The notes: generated from the letters alone by a model not told the origin. Counted from the first letter of the stretch, positions 46,249-61,007 are shown. The stretch: DNA of 64,000 nt from the human T2T-CHM13v2.0 reference genome, Homo sapiens (GCF_009914755.1 NC_060925.1); one strand, 5' to 3'. Translations and numbers: made by a program.

Positions 46249-47052
46249 CTTGGGGGAAGGAAAAGAAATAGCACACCCTAATAATTGAGGCTTACATTCA
46301 GAATATTTTAAAATGATAAACACAGTATGATTATTTTCAAATTTTTACTCTTCATATTGATAGCAGCATGCCCGCCTAACAGCAGCATTAAAGGATAAAA
46401 GCCCCAAAATAGTACCTTCCATATTTCTATGTTCTAATAATACGAATTTTCATCTAAAAACAACCTACGCTGTAATATACTCTATTGCCATATTCTCCTA
46501 ATACACTATAAAATAAATTTTCTTAAATATACTCTTAAGAAAATGTGCTCAAAGGATTGTAAAATAAACTTTGTCTATTAATCTCTTCTCCAATGACATT
46601 TACTATAGAAAGGTAATCATAGACTAGTAAAGACTACATGTGACTCTAAATATACCCAGTTAACTCTTTGAGAATTAACTTGCTTAATTATATAATGAAG
46701 TCACAGAAAATAGTTAAAATAGTTCATTCCTAACACTTATTTAGCATTTACCATTTGTTAGTCATTAAGTGATTTACACATAATACTTCATTTACTCCTC
46801 ATGACAATATTCTAAGGTAAATACTATTTATTATTTTTATGCTATATGAAGAAACTGAGGCACAAGGAAATATACTCAGATTCCTATATCCACTAAGTGC
46901 AAAGCCAGGAACCGAATCTAGGCAGCCTGAATCCAGTGTGTATTCGCTTAGCCACCATTCAGACCACTTGATTATATATATATTTAAAGTAAATACTTTT
47001 CCTGAGAGAATAACCAAGCTAGAACTTTGTACTTAGAAACATGGCCACGAAC

Positions 47053-47155
47053 CTCTGCAAGTTGTCTTTGTAACTCTGCTATCTTCTGCTCATATATCAT
47101 TTTTCTGTCAGACACAATGGCCATTAAATTAAATCGAATTTCACCTTCACTGTAC
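47053..47155 (-). CDS. UCHL5: UCHL5 exon (K-YSEGEIRFNLMAIVSDRKMIYEQKIAELQRQLAE)
   Basis: ttctag|G TAC ... GAG|gttcgt; 103 nt, phase 2/0. Confidence 0.97.
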
Positions 47156-47309
47156 CTAGAAGAAAATTATTTAAGTTTATAATGTAATAAAGAATTGTAC
47201 AACTATTACCGTTAAGATAATCCATCGTGATTCCCCTCTTGATTTTCTAGTATAAACAAAAGTCTATCAATTGGCTAGCAATAAAAATGGACACTTTTAA
47301 AAAGCTTTC

Positions 47310-47468
47310 AGGTCAGGCACATAGGTGCCTCCCAGCTACTTGGGAGGCTCAGGAGCGGAGAGGATCCTTTGAGTTTAGAAGCTGGAGGCTGCAGTGAGCT
47401 ATGATAGTGCACTATACTCCAGTCTGGGCAACAGAACAAGACCCTGTCTCTTAAAAAAAAAAACAAAA
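47310..47468 (+). mobile_element. Alu monomer (FRAM/AluJ right arm)
   Basis: TSD AAAAGCTTTCA. Confidence 0.85.
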
Positions 47469-48109
47469 AAAAGCTTTCATATAGGAAAGACAACTGTAGA
47501 AAAACAAAATTGGCTAAATTCCATCAATCACAAATGTTTTTTAAATATTCTAAAATAATGTCATAAAACATTTGAAATAAAAAACATTTTCATCAATTTC
47601 CCTACCTTTATAAGAAATATGGCAACACATTAACTTAAGAGCTCAGAAAAAAACAAATGGAGACTCCATATTTCTTAAATTATTTAGACTGGCATCTTGA
47701 TGGGTATTAACTATGCTCCGTATTATATAATTTTTTCCAAGTCATGATGAACTTTCTATTTTTAATTTATATATTTTAAATTTTATCTTATATGTAAATA
47801 AATATAACATATTTTATTAATATAATATATAATTATATCGTATAGTAAAATTTCTGAATGTTTGATTTTCACTACTCTGATATCAATGAAGCATCTCATA
47901 ACAAGCTGGTTCATGGTAGCAACTGACATTAAAAGCATTATTCATAACACTATGTAAATGGCATTAAGATGAAAATATATAGAAAATATGAGCCCATTTT
48001 GCATTAGTTTATCTCTAAGAGTTTCTCATACACAGTTCTATTCACTGAAAACAAATGGCCCCAACATAACTATAGTAATTTGAACTATGTAAAAATGTCT
48101 TTAAAACAC

Positions 48110-50550
48110 TGATTGTGGGACTTCCATGTCCCTATCCCTGCCAGTAAGTACAACTAAAAACCCTGGACATAATATGTTTTTTAAAAAGAGCAAGCAAGAA
48201 CATTCTGAAAGGTAGAAAAAAAGCAGACAAGCTGGGGAACTCAGGAACCAAGAATGATACAATAGTGAATTTCCTGAGGTTTTTTTCTGCCTCATATATC
48301 CCAGAATTGGAGCTGAAGAAACCAGCAACCCAGAAATACCAACAGGCACAGACAAAAAAAAGCCCCAACAAAAGTCTGCTCTCTCTAGCCAAATAGAAAA
48401 GGTGCAGCCTCAGAAGACAGAAAACTTTTAGACAATAATCATTCCACTATAGCCAAACATGATTGAAAAATCTGTGACCTCACCCCTACTCAAAACCAGT
48501 AAAAGCAGAATAGAGAGCTGGACTTCCAGTCTTGTCTTCCAACCTTTAACAAGGTTCCTAGGTTGGTATTTAAAAAGGCTGGGTAGGGAATGGGGACTTT
48601 CATCCCTGCCATGTGGTAATGACAACACCCATTTGTGGTATCAAAGGACACAGAATGGGAAGCCAAAATTGTCACTGCCATCCAGTGGCAAAGTAGCCTC
48701 ATCCACTTCAGTATGAGTGGAAAGCAATAGCAAGGCACTCCTACCCCTCTCAGCCAGAGTGGTATCAACAGAAACTCTGCTGGGGGCTAGAACACCCATC
48801 TCTGCCCAGCAATAACAAGGAGCCTTATTCCATTTCAGTTGTCACTGAAGGCCTAGTAGGGAAGCTGGACTTCTACTCCCACCTGGTGTAATGAGGTGGC
48901 ACCCACAATTTACATTTACCCTGTCAGAGCCATGTCCATAAAAACCAGCTCACACAGAAATTTTAAATAAGATCCAAAGTCTTACTTTTATAGATATAGA
49001 GAAGATTATACTAAAATTTATATGGGAAGGCAGAGGAACTATAGTAGTTAAAACAATTTTGAAGAGAAGAATACAATGAAAGGCATCGGTCTACCTGATT
49101 TCAAGACTTAGAGTTACAGTAATCAACACAATGTAGTACTGGCAGAGGAACAGATAAATGGAACAATGGACAGACTAGTGAGCCCAGAAATAGACCCACA
49201 CCAATATGCTCCATTTTTGCAAAGGTGCAGGAGGAATTCAGTGGAGGAAGGATAGCCTTTTGAACCACCGGTGCCTGAGTAATTGAATATGCATAGGCAA
49301 AAAAAAAAAAAAAAATGACCCGTGATCTAAATGTCATACCATATACAAAAATTAACTCAAAATACATCATAGACTTACATGTAAAACATTAAACTATAAA
49401 CTTTTAAGAAAATTACACAGGAAAAAAATTTTGGTATCTACACCGAGACAAAGAATTCTTAGACTGAAAACAAAAACACAATTCATAGTGTCAAATATTG
49501 ATAAACTGTACTTCATCAGGATTAAGACCTTTTGCTCTGTGAAAGACCATTTTGGGAGTACAAGTGGATGGGCTACAGACTGGGAGAGAATATTTGCAGG
49601 CAATGTGTTTGATGAAGGATTAGTATCTAAAATACGTAAAGAACTTCAGACTCAAGAGTCAAAAAACAATCCAATCAGAAAATGAGCTAAAGGCACGAAA
49701 AGATTTTCAACATCATTAGTCATCAGGGAAATGCAGATTAAAACCACAATGAAGTATCACTATACATCTATTAGAATGGTTAAACTAAAAATGGTGGTAA
49801 CACCAAATGCTAAAAAGGATGCAGAGGAACTAGACCGTTCATATATTGCTGGTAGAAATATAAAATGGTACAGTCACTCTGGAAAAGAGTTTGGTAGTTT
49901 CTTAAAAAAAAAAAAAAATATCCATTTACCATGCAACCCAGCAATGCAACACATAGGCATTTATCCCAGAGAAATGAAAACTTGCAGTCACAAAAAATCT
50001 GCACAAAAACGTTTATTGTAGCTTTATTCTCAGTAGCCAAAAAATAGAAAACAATCCAGATGTCCTTCAATGGATGAAGAGGCAAAAAGCTGGTATATCC
50101 ATACCACAGAATACCATCTATGAATAAAAAAATGAACTACTGATACACTTAAAAACTTGGAAGAATCTCCAAGAAATAAACTGAGTGAAAAAGCTAATGC
50201 GAAAAGGCTACATATTGTAAAATTCATATATAACATTCTTTAAATGACAAAAATTATAGAATTAGGGATTAAGAAGTAAAGGAAAGGGAAAGGCAGCAGG
50301 GAGAGAAGTGGTTGTGCCTAAAAAGAACAATACAAGGGATCTTTGTGGAGAGCAAATTTTGCTGTATCTTGACTACATCAATGCCAGTATCCTGGCTGTG
50401 ATATTACACTATAGTTTTGCAAGATGTTGCCACTGAAAGATAAAAAATACACAAGATGTCTCTGTATTATTTCTTACAACTGAATATATATATAATTATC
50501 TGAAATTGAATATACAATTACCCCAAAATAAAGAGCTTAATATTAAAAAT
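48110..50550 (+). mobile_element. Old L1M fragments
   Basis: Degenerate ORF2 C-terminal peptides (MQIKTTMKYHYT.IRM) and an L1M 3'UTR. Confidence 0.72.
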
Positions 50551-50559
50551 AAACCCTCA

Positions 50560-50976
<417 letters not shown>

Positions 50977-51048
50977 CTACTACATGAAATTTAGAGATTT
51001 TCTGAAATAGACTTCTTAAATGCATTAACCCAATCAAAAGTAGATGTT

Positions 51049-51188
51049 TGGCTGGGCACAGTGGCTCACGCCTGTAATCCTACCACTTTGGGAGGTCGAG
51101 GCAGGCGGATGGCTTGAGCTCAGGAGTCTGAGACCAGCCTGGGCAACATGGTGAAAACCCGTCTCTACGAAAAATTAAAAAGAAAAAA
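51049..51188 (+). mobile_element. Alu left monomer (FLAM-like), antisense to UCHL5
   Basis: TSD AAAAGTAGATGTT. Confidence 0.9.
51084..51164 (-). CDS. UCHL5: Candidate in-frame Alu-derived cassette exon of UCHL5 ([28 protein letters not shown])
   Basis: ttttaatttttcgtag|AGAC ... AAGTG|gtagga; 81 nt, phase 2/2 matching the host intron, no stop codon. Confidence 0.6.
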
Positions 51189-51293
51189 AAAAGTAGATGT
51201 TCAATGCACACTGCTAAAATAACAATAAAATACAAGTTTAAAAAATACTTAAAAAACAGAATATTATGCCAATGAGATTAGCTGAGCATTTAC

Positions 51294-51357
51294 TTTTGTA
51301 TCCTTTTTTCTATGACAGGCCTTACTGCACTGATCCAATCATCTTGATTGCATGCAC
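51294..51357 (-). CDS. UCHL5: UCHL5 exon (G-ACNQDDWISAVRPVIEKRIQ-K)
   Basis: ttctag|GT GCA ... CAA AA|gtaaat; 64 nt. Confidence 0.97.
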
Positions 51358-52387
51358 CTAGAAAGAAATTTTAAAACAGTTAACACAAATAAAAATAAGA
51401 ACAATCAACTTTAAAATGCAAAAGTTTGGCCCAAAATATTTTTTTACAAATATTTTAATAAATTTAGAGCAGTAAAACTCTTTTTAGTATAATTATGTTG
51501 TTTCAATTCCATAAATAAATTTTTATAACACACATAGAAAAATAAATATTTTTAAATATAGAGGCAGCATGTAAATCTGCATTGGATAAACTATTGGTTC
51601 TACGCATGGGGCATGGCAAAAAGTACAAACAAAATGCACCCATGTTAATTTTTTTAAAATCTAAAAGTATAAAGTTTTATGAATAGCCTATAACATTAGA
51701 TTCAACTAAAACAAGTTGTGTTGGACTTCAAACCTATTATTAAAAAAAGAAAAAGAAAATTTAATGAAGTCAAAATAAGGAGTTAAAATTATTTTGTGAA
51801 CCTATTATTTCAGTAATCTTTCAGAGCCACAGATTGTACCTTCAACTTTGATAAGTGTTTATCATTTTTTGCTCAGCATTAGAGACGGGGTAGGATCAGA
51901 ACAATCTATGTTTTTGCAGAAAGGATAACACATTAACGCACTATTTAAATAGAGAAATTTTAAGAAAAATATTTTCTTGATTGCAAAACAATAAATTATC
52001 CAATTCCAAATGAAAATACTTTAATACGGATGTTAAGAAATGCTTGCTATCCCTTACGAATGGGTTAAAAATGACAAGAGTAACTATTTACGTTCACTAA
52101 GGGTAGTTTTTAAATGTTAAATGGAAAATAAAATATAAATTATGTAACCTATAGGTTAAAAAATAATTTTACTTGGGAAAAACTCAAAGGCATCAACTGA
52201 ACTATGGTAGTCAAGATGTCCTTCCTATATATTAATATAACACACTGAAGAGCTTAAGGCCTTCATTATATTATGTTACCTCATAGTCACTTTTACCTTG
52301 AAAATTTAAGCAGCACTGAATGAGGGTAAATACCCAACAGATTTTCCCCTGTCAAAAGTGAAATATCAGGAACAGGAACTGCATTAC

Positions 52388-52518
52388 CTAAATCAATCGG
52401 TCCTTCTCTTAATCCATCTAATTCATACAGTCTCCCATTAACAGGAACATAACTGACAAAGTGAAAAGCATCTTCTTCTTTTGCTGATGTCTTCGTATCA
52501 AATTCAAACATTTGCTGT
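52388..52518 (-). CDS. UCHL5: UCHL5 exon with catalytic His164 and Asp179 (R-QQMFEFD...[28 protein letters not shown])
   Basis: tgtag|A CAG ... TTA G|gtaatg; 131 nt; UCH motifs FHFVSY and YELDG. Confidence 0.98.
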
Positions 52519-52596
52519 CTACAGTAAATAAAAAAATAGTGAAACTCAAAGAAGCAAAGAAAGAAACAGTATTTATTTAACATAAAGTCTCTTTAC

Positions 52597-52658
52597 CTGG
52601 CGAAACTGTTGTGTACTTGTCGAATCACATCTGAATTGCTCAGTGCCAAGCCTTTCAT
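52597..52658 (-). CDS. UCHL5: UCHL5 exon (MKGLALSNSDVIRQVHNSFA-R)
   Basis: ttttag|ATG ... GCC AG|gtaaag; 62 nt. Confidence 0.97.
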
Positions 52659-52740
52659 CTAAAATAATTTTTTAAAGTAGCCTATTAATATACAAACTTT
52701 CACAAATATGACATTTTAGGAATAAGAAGATTGTACTCAC

Positions 52741-52866
52741 AGCTGCATCAAAACTTTGTGAAAATTCTTTAAACTCTGATAATGTCTCGCCTAAATGGAC
52801 ATCCTGGTGGGTACAGTTCAGTAACACACTCACTATGGCTTGAGTAGCACAAGCATTATTAATTAC
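52741..52866 (-). CDS. UCHL5: UCHL5 exon with catalytic Cys88 (VINNACATQAIVSVLLNCTHQDVHLGETLSEFKEFSQSFDAA)
   Basis: ttatag|GTA ... GCT|gtgagt; 126 nt; peptidase C12 motif NACAT. Upstream exons lie beyond the window. Confidence 0.98.
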
Positions 52867-55466
52867 CTATAAAATATAAAAGTGAAGATATCAATGTGTT
52901 TAAAAAAATAAAAAATGGTTTTTAACTGGTGACAATGGCCCCAAAACATGAACAGTTTTCAAATTATATTTTATGAAGTCTCAGCATAAACAGAATAAAT
53001 ATGTTTAATTTCTATCCTAATCTATTTTCAGAAATTTGCTGCACTTCTGGAGTTGAAAATTCTAGGAAACCAAATGAACTCAATGAACTCATAATATTAC
53101 CAAAAACCAATCCAGTTAGGGTAACAAGATCAATCATCCTGATGGAAAACATAGCTGATTAAGCCAACAGAGCTTGTCCCCCTCTCCTATTCATTTCCTC
53201 CTAGACTCATTTCTACCTATTCAAATTCAATTAGTATTTTATAACCGAGCATAAGCTTCAATTCACCTGTGTGATTGTAGAGAAATTCTGAACCCAACTC
53301 ACATTAGTTTCCACCCTCATTTAAATTCCCAAACAGGGTATACAATGTCCACATATTTTTTTTCACTCAATCATCTACAGTCTTTACATTGCTATCATCT
53401 AGCTATAATCATTTAACAAATTATCTGGACCTTACATTCTAGCCAAAGGAAAAAACATTTAGATAGCATTTACTATGTGCCAGTTACTTTTCTAGGCACT
53501 CTACATGCATTATTTCTTTTAATCCTCTCAACAACTTATGCAGAAGGATTACTATTATCATCTTCATTTTAAATTTGTAGAAGCTGAGGCACAAAGAGGT
53601 AAGTGCCCAAGGGCACACAGCTGATCTTGTTCTAGAATTTGTGTACATAGCCATCATGCTAGGCTATCTCTGTACATACACGTGGTCTCTCCAACAAGAT
53701 TATAAACCACTTTATGAACAGCAGTTTCTTCCACACTGCCTAAGCACCTATGGTATTGAGATCATGAAGCTGGAAAGAACCTTAGATGATCAGTGTGAAC
53801 ACCAGCAAGGTTAATCACAGAGCTGAATAATTTTTTAAATTACAGCTTAGTCCTACTACAGTATTATGTTACTATATTGTAATTAGTCTTTCCAATAATG
53901 CTAATTAGCTTATGATTTTACATTTTAGTAAATTATCTATTTTTATCCTGCCTGATTTCAGAAGAAAAAAATTCAATTATTTTCCTTCTTTAATTCTTAT
54001 AGTTCTCTATTTCTCATGTTGGTAGAGGTTTTTAAGATCTTATGAATATCTACCAGTTCCTGAACTGTTGACTGAAGTATATTTGAGAAATTCCTTAATA
54101 AGACTGCACTCTCCATTACAGAATAGTCTCGTACTCCTAATTCTCAATAACTATAACATCACCATGCTTCTACAATTCTTCTCTTTAAGCATTTTGTATT
54201 CAAAACTGTCTTAAAATTGATGAATTAGGAAAAAGTAGTGATAGATCCAGAATCCAATTAGCATTGCTGCTGACTTATACGAATATGTATTTTGATCCGA
54301 ATCACAGTTCTTTAGTAAATTTGGATGCAAACTTTAATGATTAAAGAGGACTTTATAAATGTGGTTGACTAAAACACTGTAACACTTAGTACTCCCTTAT
54401 CTTAGGTCTAAATTACCTAAGGTGAAATTATCTGAGGATAGCACAGTGGGAGGAGTAAAGTTAGGAGAAGTTAAAATTTATACTTATTAACACATTCTTT
54501 CAAAATCAAGACACCTTAAAGATTTAATATATACCCAATGCTAAACTAGGCAGTGAGGCTACGGCAGAAAAGATTATCAAACATTTCTATAATCTAAGGA
54601 CTTCAAATTTGTAATCCATTATTTTAGGATTTTAAGAAGTAGAAAAAATTCTTGTGGTTACTTTCTTTTTTGATGTCAATAATAATTTACACTGTCCATG
54701 ATATATTAGAACTCATTTTGTATGTGTCTGTGAGAAGAAAAGTTACAATGTACATGGGTATGAGAATATTGTCTTCAAGTTTTAAAATGAGTTTAGTGCC
54801 ACCAAGTGGTTATGCTATACATAGTACAAAATTAACAAAAAACAAAAGAAAATTTAAAGGTGTACAGCCATTCATTCATTCATTCAAATAATACTTACTG
54901 AGCACCTACTACGTGCCAGACATTGTAATAAAGGCTGAACAGTGAATAAGAAAGATGTGGTCCTTGTCCTCCTAAATCTCACATAAAAATAATCTTATAT
55001 ATAGTCAAAGTTCTATTTGAAAGAACTGTAACTCACGTCACAAAAAATCTATTGCAGTATGAATTATTTAGGTAGTTCTCAACTTTAAAAATCTTTAGCT
55101 TACCTAAGTGTTCTACTTTAACTCTGGCTTTTAAGATAATTTAAAATAAAGCAGTAGAGTTCAATAATAGAAATGAGGCTAGAGCAGAGGGTCTCAAGTA
55201 GGACTGACCCAGAACCTTAAGAGTTTGGTTTGAATTCCTACGCCAGGGTATATAGTCTTTAGTTTATCAGGGCACTTCTACTCTCTACTTCTTACACACA
55301 ATCCAATTCACACATTCATGATGACAACCTGATACTGAAGGCATTTGATTTTGTAATCCCCAGACTAGAGAATTTCTTTTCAAAGCTTATACAAAAGAAG
55401 AGTAGATGTCCAGAGGAATAATATAAAAATAGCTTAAAGTACTGCCTATATAAATTATAGTCAATC

Positions 55467-56754
55467 AAAAAACAAGCAATGGGGAAAGGATTCCCTATTT
55501 AATAAATGGTATTGGGAAAACTGGCTAGCCATATGCAGAAAACTGAAGCTGGACCCCTTCCTTACACCATATATAAAAATTAACTCAAGATGGATTAAAA
55601 ATTTAAACGTAAGACCTAAAACTATAAAAACTCTAGAAGAAAACCTAGGCAATACCATTCAGGACATAGGTATGGGCAAAGACTTCATGACTAAAACACC
55701 AAAAGCAATTGCAACAAAAACCAAAATTGACAAATGGGATCCAGTTAAACTGAAGAGCTTCTGCACAGCAAAAGAAACTATCATCAGAGTGAACGGGCAA
55801 CCTACAGAATGGAAGAAAATGTTTGCAATCTATCCATCTGACAAAGGCTAATACACAGAATATACAAGGAACTTAAACAAATGCAGAAGAAAAAAATAAA
55901 CAACCCCATCAGAAAGTGGGCAAAGGATATGAACAGACACTTTTCAAAAGAAGACATTTATGTGGCCAACAAACATATGAAAGAAAGCTCATCATCACTG
56001 GTCATTAGTGAAATGCAAATCAAAACCACAACAAGATACCATCTCACGCCAGTTAGAATGGCGATCATTAAAAAGTCAGGAAACAACAGATGCTGGAGAG
56101 GATGTGGAGAAACAGGAAAGCTTTTACATTGTTGGTGGGAGTGTAAATTTGTTCAACCATTGTGGAAGACAGTGTGGCAATTCCTCAAGGATCTAGAACC
56201 AGAAATACCATTTGACCCAGCAATCCCATTACTGGGTATATACCCAAAGGATTTTAAATCATTCTACTATAAAGAAACATGCACATGTATGTTTATTGCA
56301 GTATTGTTCACAATAGCAAAGACTTGGAACCAACCCAAATGCTCGTCAATGATAGACTGGAAAAAGGAAATGTGGCACATATACACCATGGAATACTATG
56401 TGGCCATAAAAAAGGATGAGTTCATGTCCTTTGCAAGGACATGGATGAAACTGGAAACCATCATTCTCAGCAAACTAACACAGGAACAGAAAACCAAACA
56501 CCACATGTTCTCACTCGTAAGCGGGAGTTCAACAATGAGAACGCATGGGCACAGGGAGGGGAACATCACACACCGGGGCTTGTCGGGGGGTTGCGGGCAA
56601 GGGGAGGGATAGCATTAGGAGAAATACCTAATGGAGACGATGGGTCGATCAGTGCAGTAAACGACCATGGCACGTGTATACCTATGTAACAAACCTGCAC
56701 ATTCTGCACATGTATCTTAAAGTATACAATATATATATATATTAAGTTAAAAAA
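55467..56754 (+). mobile_element. L1PA 3' fragment (antisense to UCHL5)
   Basis: ORF2 C-terminus ORF at 55881-56612 followed by the L1 3'UTR. Confidence 0.93.
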
Positions 56755-59700
56755 ATTATTGTCAATCTTCATTGAGTCACAGCTATAGCAATATAAATAC
56801 ATACAATTTTAAATTTTTTAATAGTCAAGGAAAAAGGTTGAGAATGTAACAGTAGCTTTCCCAAGAGAAAGTGATACTGAAAAAAAGTATAAATGTCCTG
56901 CTCATGAAGACTCTATAAAGAAAGATACACAGAAAAAAGGGATGAACACCAGAAAAACAAAATAGTAAAGGAAAAAATCATTTTATACTGGAGTATCAGA
57001 GAAAGTTTTTTCACAAATGTGAAATTTTAATAGGGGTTTGAAAGCTTGGTAGGAACTAGAGAATAGAGAAGGAAATTCACTTTAAAAAGTGAGAACAGTG
57101 TGAACAAAAGAACAAATTAAGATGTTTGATGTGCTTGTTGTTCAAGAGACAATGAGCATATTGGTCATTTGTACTAGTGTGGTTATAGTCATAGTGGGGT
57201 TATTCTTTACCTTGTTAAGTCACTGGCCTTGAGTAATTAGGAGTTTACCCAAAGAGTAAGACATTTTGAATATAGAAATAAAATAATCAAAACAGTGGTT
57301 CAGAAAGATTCAGTTTAAGTCAATTTACAGGAAGGACTGAAGGCGGCTAAAAGGAGAAATAAGATCAGCCAGGTTCCTACCCTAATAAAAGTATGAAATA
57401 ATAAAGAGTGGTAGGTTAATATAATACATAAAACCACTATCACACAAACATGCAAGTGAGAAATCTAGGAATTAGAAATATAACTAAAAATAAAATAAGA
57501 TTTAAAAGAATAAAAGAATATTAATAACAACCGTATGAAATGATTTTGAAAATTTAAGCTGAAATGAAGAAATCTTTTAAAAAAATACATCTTACCAGAA
57601 CCAACTCAAGAAAAAATAAAGAGCCACAATAGTCCCTTAACTACTGAAATGAAGCAGTATTTTAAAATATTCTCGCAAAGAAAATACCAGGCCTACATGG
57701 ATATACAGGTCAATTCTACAAAAATTTGAAGAAGTATATCACCTTAATTTTACACAAATTGTTCAAGGCACTAAAAATAAGAGAAAATTCCAACTCATTT
57801 CATGAAGCCAGAATAACCTTAATACTAAAACGAGTCAAAGCCATTACAGAAGAAGAAAAATTAAGACACATTTCATTCAAAAATTTAAATGCAAAAACCT
57901 AAACAAAATACTACTATATTTAACCCAATAGTGCATAAAAAGAGAATACACCCTGACCAAGTGGGCTTATCCCAGGTTTGGAAGAATGATTTAATATTAG
58001 AAAAATCCGAACATAATTAACTGCATTAACCTAGCAAAAGGAAGAAAATACAGAAGATCATCTCAATAGAGGCAGAAAAAGGATTTGAAAAAATTTAATA
58101 TACTTTCATAATAAACACACTAATTAATAACAGAACATTAAAAATAAAAAAGCTGGAGTAAACATCATCCTAAATGGAGAAATGGTAAGAGGCATTCTCT
58201 TTTAAGTTGCAAGTGGTTTTATTGGAGGGTCTTAGCTAGGAACTAAGACAAGAAAAATAAATTAGAGTCAAAAGGATTATAAAGGAGGAAATAAAACTAT
58301 CATTATTTATACCTGATATGGTCATTTTGATAAAAACACACCCACTCAAGAAAAAAAAACAAATTATTAGTGATAATAGAAAAGTTTAGCAGGATGGCTA
58401 AATATAATATTAATAGATGAAAGTGAACTGCCTGTCTTTATGCCAAAGGCAACAACCTAAAAAATAAAACTACCCAAAGAAAACTACTCCAAGTCATATA
58501 ATAATCAAACTCTCAAAGGTTAAAGACAAAGAGAGGATCCTAAAGGCAGTAAGGGAAAACAAGCAAACAATATCTAAAGGTGCTTCAATTCATCTAGCAA
58601 CGGGGTTCTCAACAGAAACCATACAGGCCAGGAGGGAGTGGGATGAAATTTTCAAATTCTAAAAGAAGAAAAAAAAAACACCATCCAAGAATACTCTCTC
58701 CAGCAAAGCTATCCGTCAAATATGAATGAGAAGTAAAGTCTTTCCCATACAAAAGCTGAGAGAAGTGGCCACAACGAGACTTGTTTTATGAGAAATGCTA
58801 AGGGCACTTCTTCAATCTGAACAGAAAAAAACACTAATGCGCAAAACCAAAACATTTTAAGGTCTAAAATCCACTGGTAAAAGTAAATACACAAAGAAAC
58901 CCAGAATAATATTGTCACTATGGTATGCAGTCTGCTCATAACTCTGATATAAAGCCCAAAAGACAAATCTACCCCAAACAGCAATACCAATAGCAACCTG
59001 TTGAAACAGACAATATAAGAAATACGTATATTGACAAAACACAAAGTCAAAATATAAGGGGTAAAAAGTTAAAGTGTAGAGTTTTTTTCTTTGCTTCTAT
59101 TCTTTTCTTTATAATCTAAGTTGTTACCTCTTTATAATAACATGTCATATGTATATGTTTTGTAAGCTTCATGGTAACCGCAATGCAAAAACCTGTAATA
59201 GATTCACTAAAAATAAAAAACAACAAATTAAAACATACAACCTGAGAAAATTTCTTAACAACAAAGGAAGACTGTAAGAATGGAAGAGACCAATTACAAA
59301 ACAACCAGAAAACAAGCAACAAAATGGGAGTAATAAGTCCTCACTTATCAATAATAACACTGAATGTAAATAGGCTCAATTCTTCAATTAAAAGGCATAG
59401 AGTCTCTGAGTTCATAAAGATATAAAACCCCATAATATGGTGGGTACAAATAACCCACCGCATCTATAAAGATATATAGACCAAAAGGGAAAGGGTGGAA
59501 GAAGATATTCTGTGCAACTGGAAACCAAAAAAAAAAAAAAAAAAAAAAAAAGAACAGGAGTACTATCCTTATATCAGATAAAATAGACTACAAAGCAAAG
59601 ACTATAAAAACAGACAGAGAAGGTCACTACATAATGATAAAGGGGTCAATCTAGCAAGAGAATATAACAATTATAAATATGTATACGCCTAACACCTGAG

Positions 59701-61007
59701 TTCCCAAGTGTATAAATATAAAGCAAGTGTTTATAGATCTAAAGCAAATACTACTATCTACTCTCTCTGACAGATCATGCAAACAGAAAACCAACAAAGA
59801 AACATCAGAGGTTAACTACAGACTAAACCAAATAAACCTAACTGACATTTACAGAACATTTCACCCAACTGCTGCAAAATACACATTATTTTCACTATTT
59901 TCATCAGCATATGGATATCCAGCATACACCGAGGATAGACCATGTTAGTCCACAAAACAAGTTCTCAATAAATCACTGAATAATATGATTTATAGTAAAA
60001 TAACATACCAAGTTTCTCTTCAGACCACAATGGAATAAAACTAGAAATCAATAATAGAAACCTTGGAAACTACACAAACACATAGAGATTAAACAACATG
60101 TTACTAAATGATGAATAGGCCAATAAAGAAAATAAGAAAAAAATTTAAAATGCATTGAAACAAATAAAAATGGAAATACAGCATACCAAAATCTATGAGA
60201 TATGGCAAAAGCATACTAAGAGGGAAATTCATAGCGAAAATATCAAAAAAGTAGAAAGACTCCAAATAAACCACCTAATTATATACCCCAAGGAACTAGA
60301 AAAGCAGGAACAAACCAAACCCAAAATTATTAGAAGGAAAGAAATAATAAAGATCAGAGCAGAAATCAATGAAATCGAGACTTAAAAAAACAATATTAAG
60401 ATCAAGGAAATGAAAAATCTTCAGGAAAGGTAAACAAAATTGACAAACCTTTACCCAGGCTAAGAAAAAAGAAAGACGATCCAAATAAATAAAATCAGAA
60501 ACAAAAAAGGACACATAACATCTGAAATCACAGTAATACAAAGAATCATTAGAAACTATTATGAACAGCTATATACAAAAAAATTGGAAAACCTAGAAAT
60601 GGACAAATTCCTAGATACATACAACCTACCAAGACTGAACCAGGAAGGAATAAAAAAATCTAAAGAATCTAATAACAAGTAATGAGATCAGAGCCATAAT
60701 TAAAAGTAAAGCAAAGCCCAGGATGTGACAACTTCATTACTAAATTCTACTCAACATTTAAAGAAGAATGAATGCTAATTTTACTCAAACTCTTCAAAAA
60801 AATTGAAGAAGAAGGAATGCTTTCCAACCCATTCTACAAAATCAGCATTATTCTGATACCAAAACCAGGCAAGGACACAACAAAAAAACTACAGACCAGT
60901 ATCACTGATGATAATAGATGCAAAAATCTTCAACCAAATAGTAACAAACCAAATTCAAAAGTAACAAACCAAATTAAATAATACCACATTAAAAAGATTA
61001 TTTACCT

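Noticed and set aside
48674-48690. CTCF-like motif CTGCCATCCAGTGGC
   Set aside because: Lies within an old L1 and is a single motif match with no supporting context.
52293-52387. Open frame continuing past the exon donor ([11 protein letters not shown]...) with a cryptic donor at 52296
   Set aside because: The 91-nt extension is out of frame and the internal acceptor would need a 39-nt intron; no support for a coding isoform.
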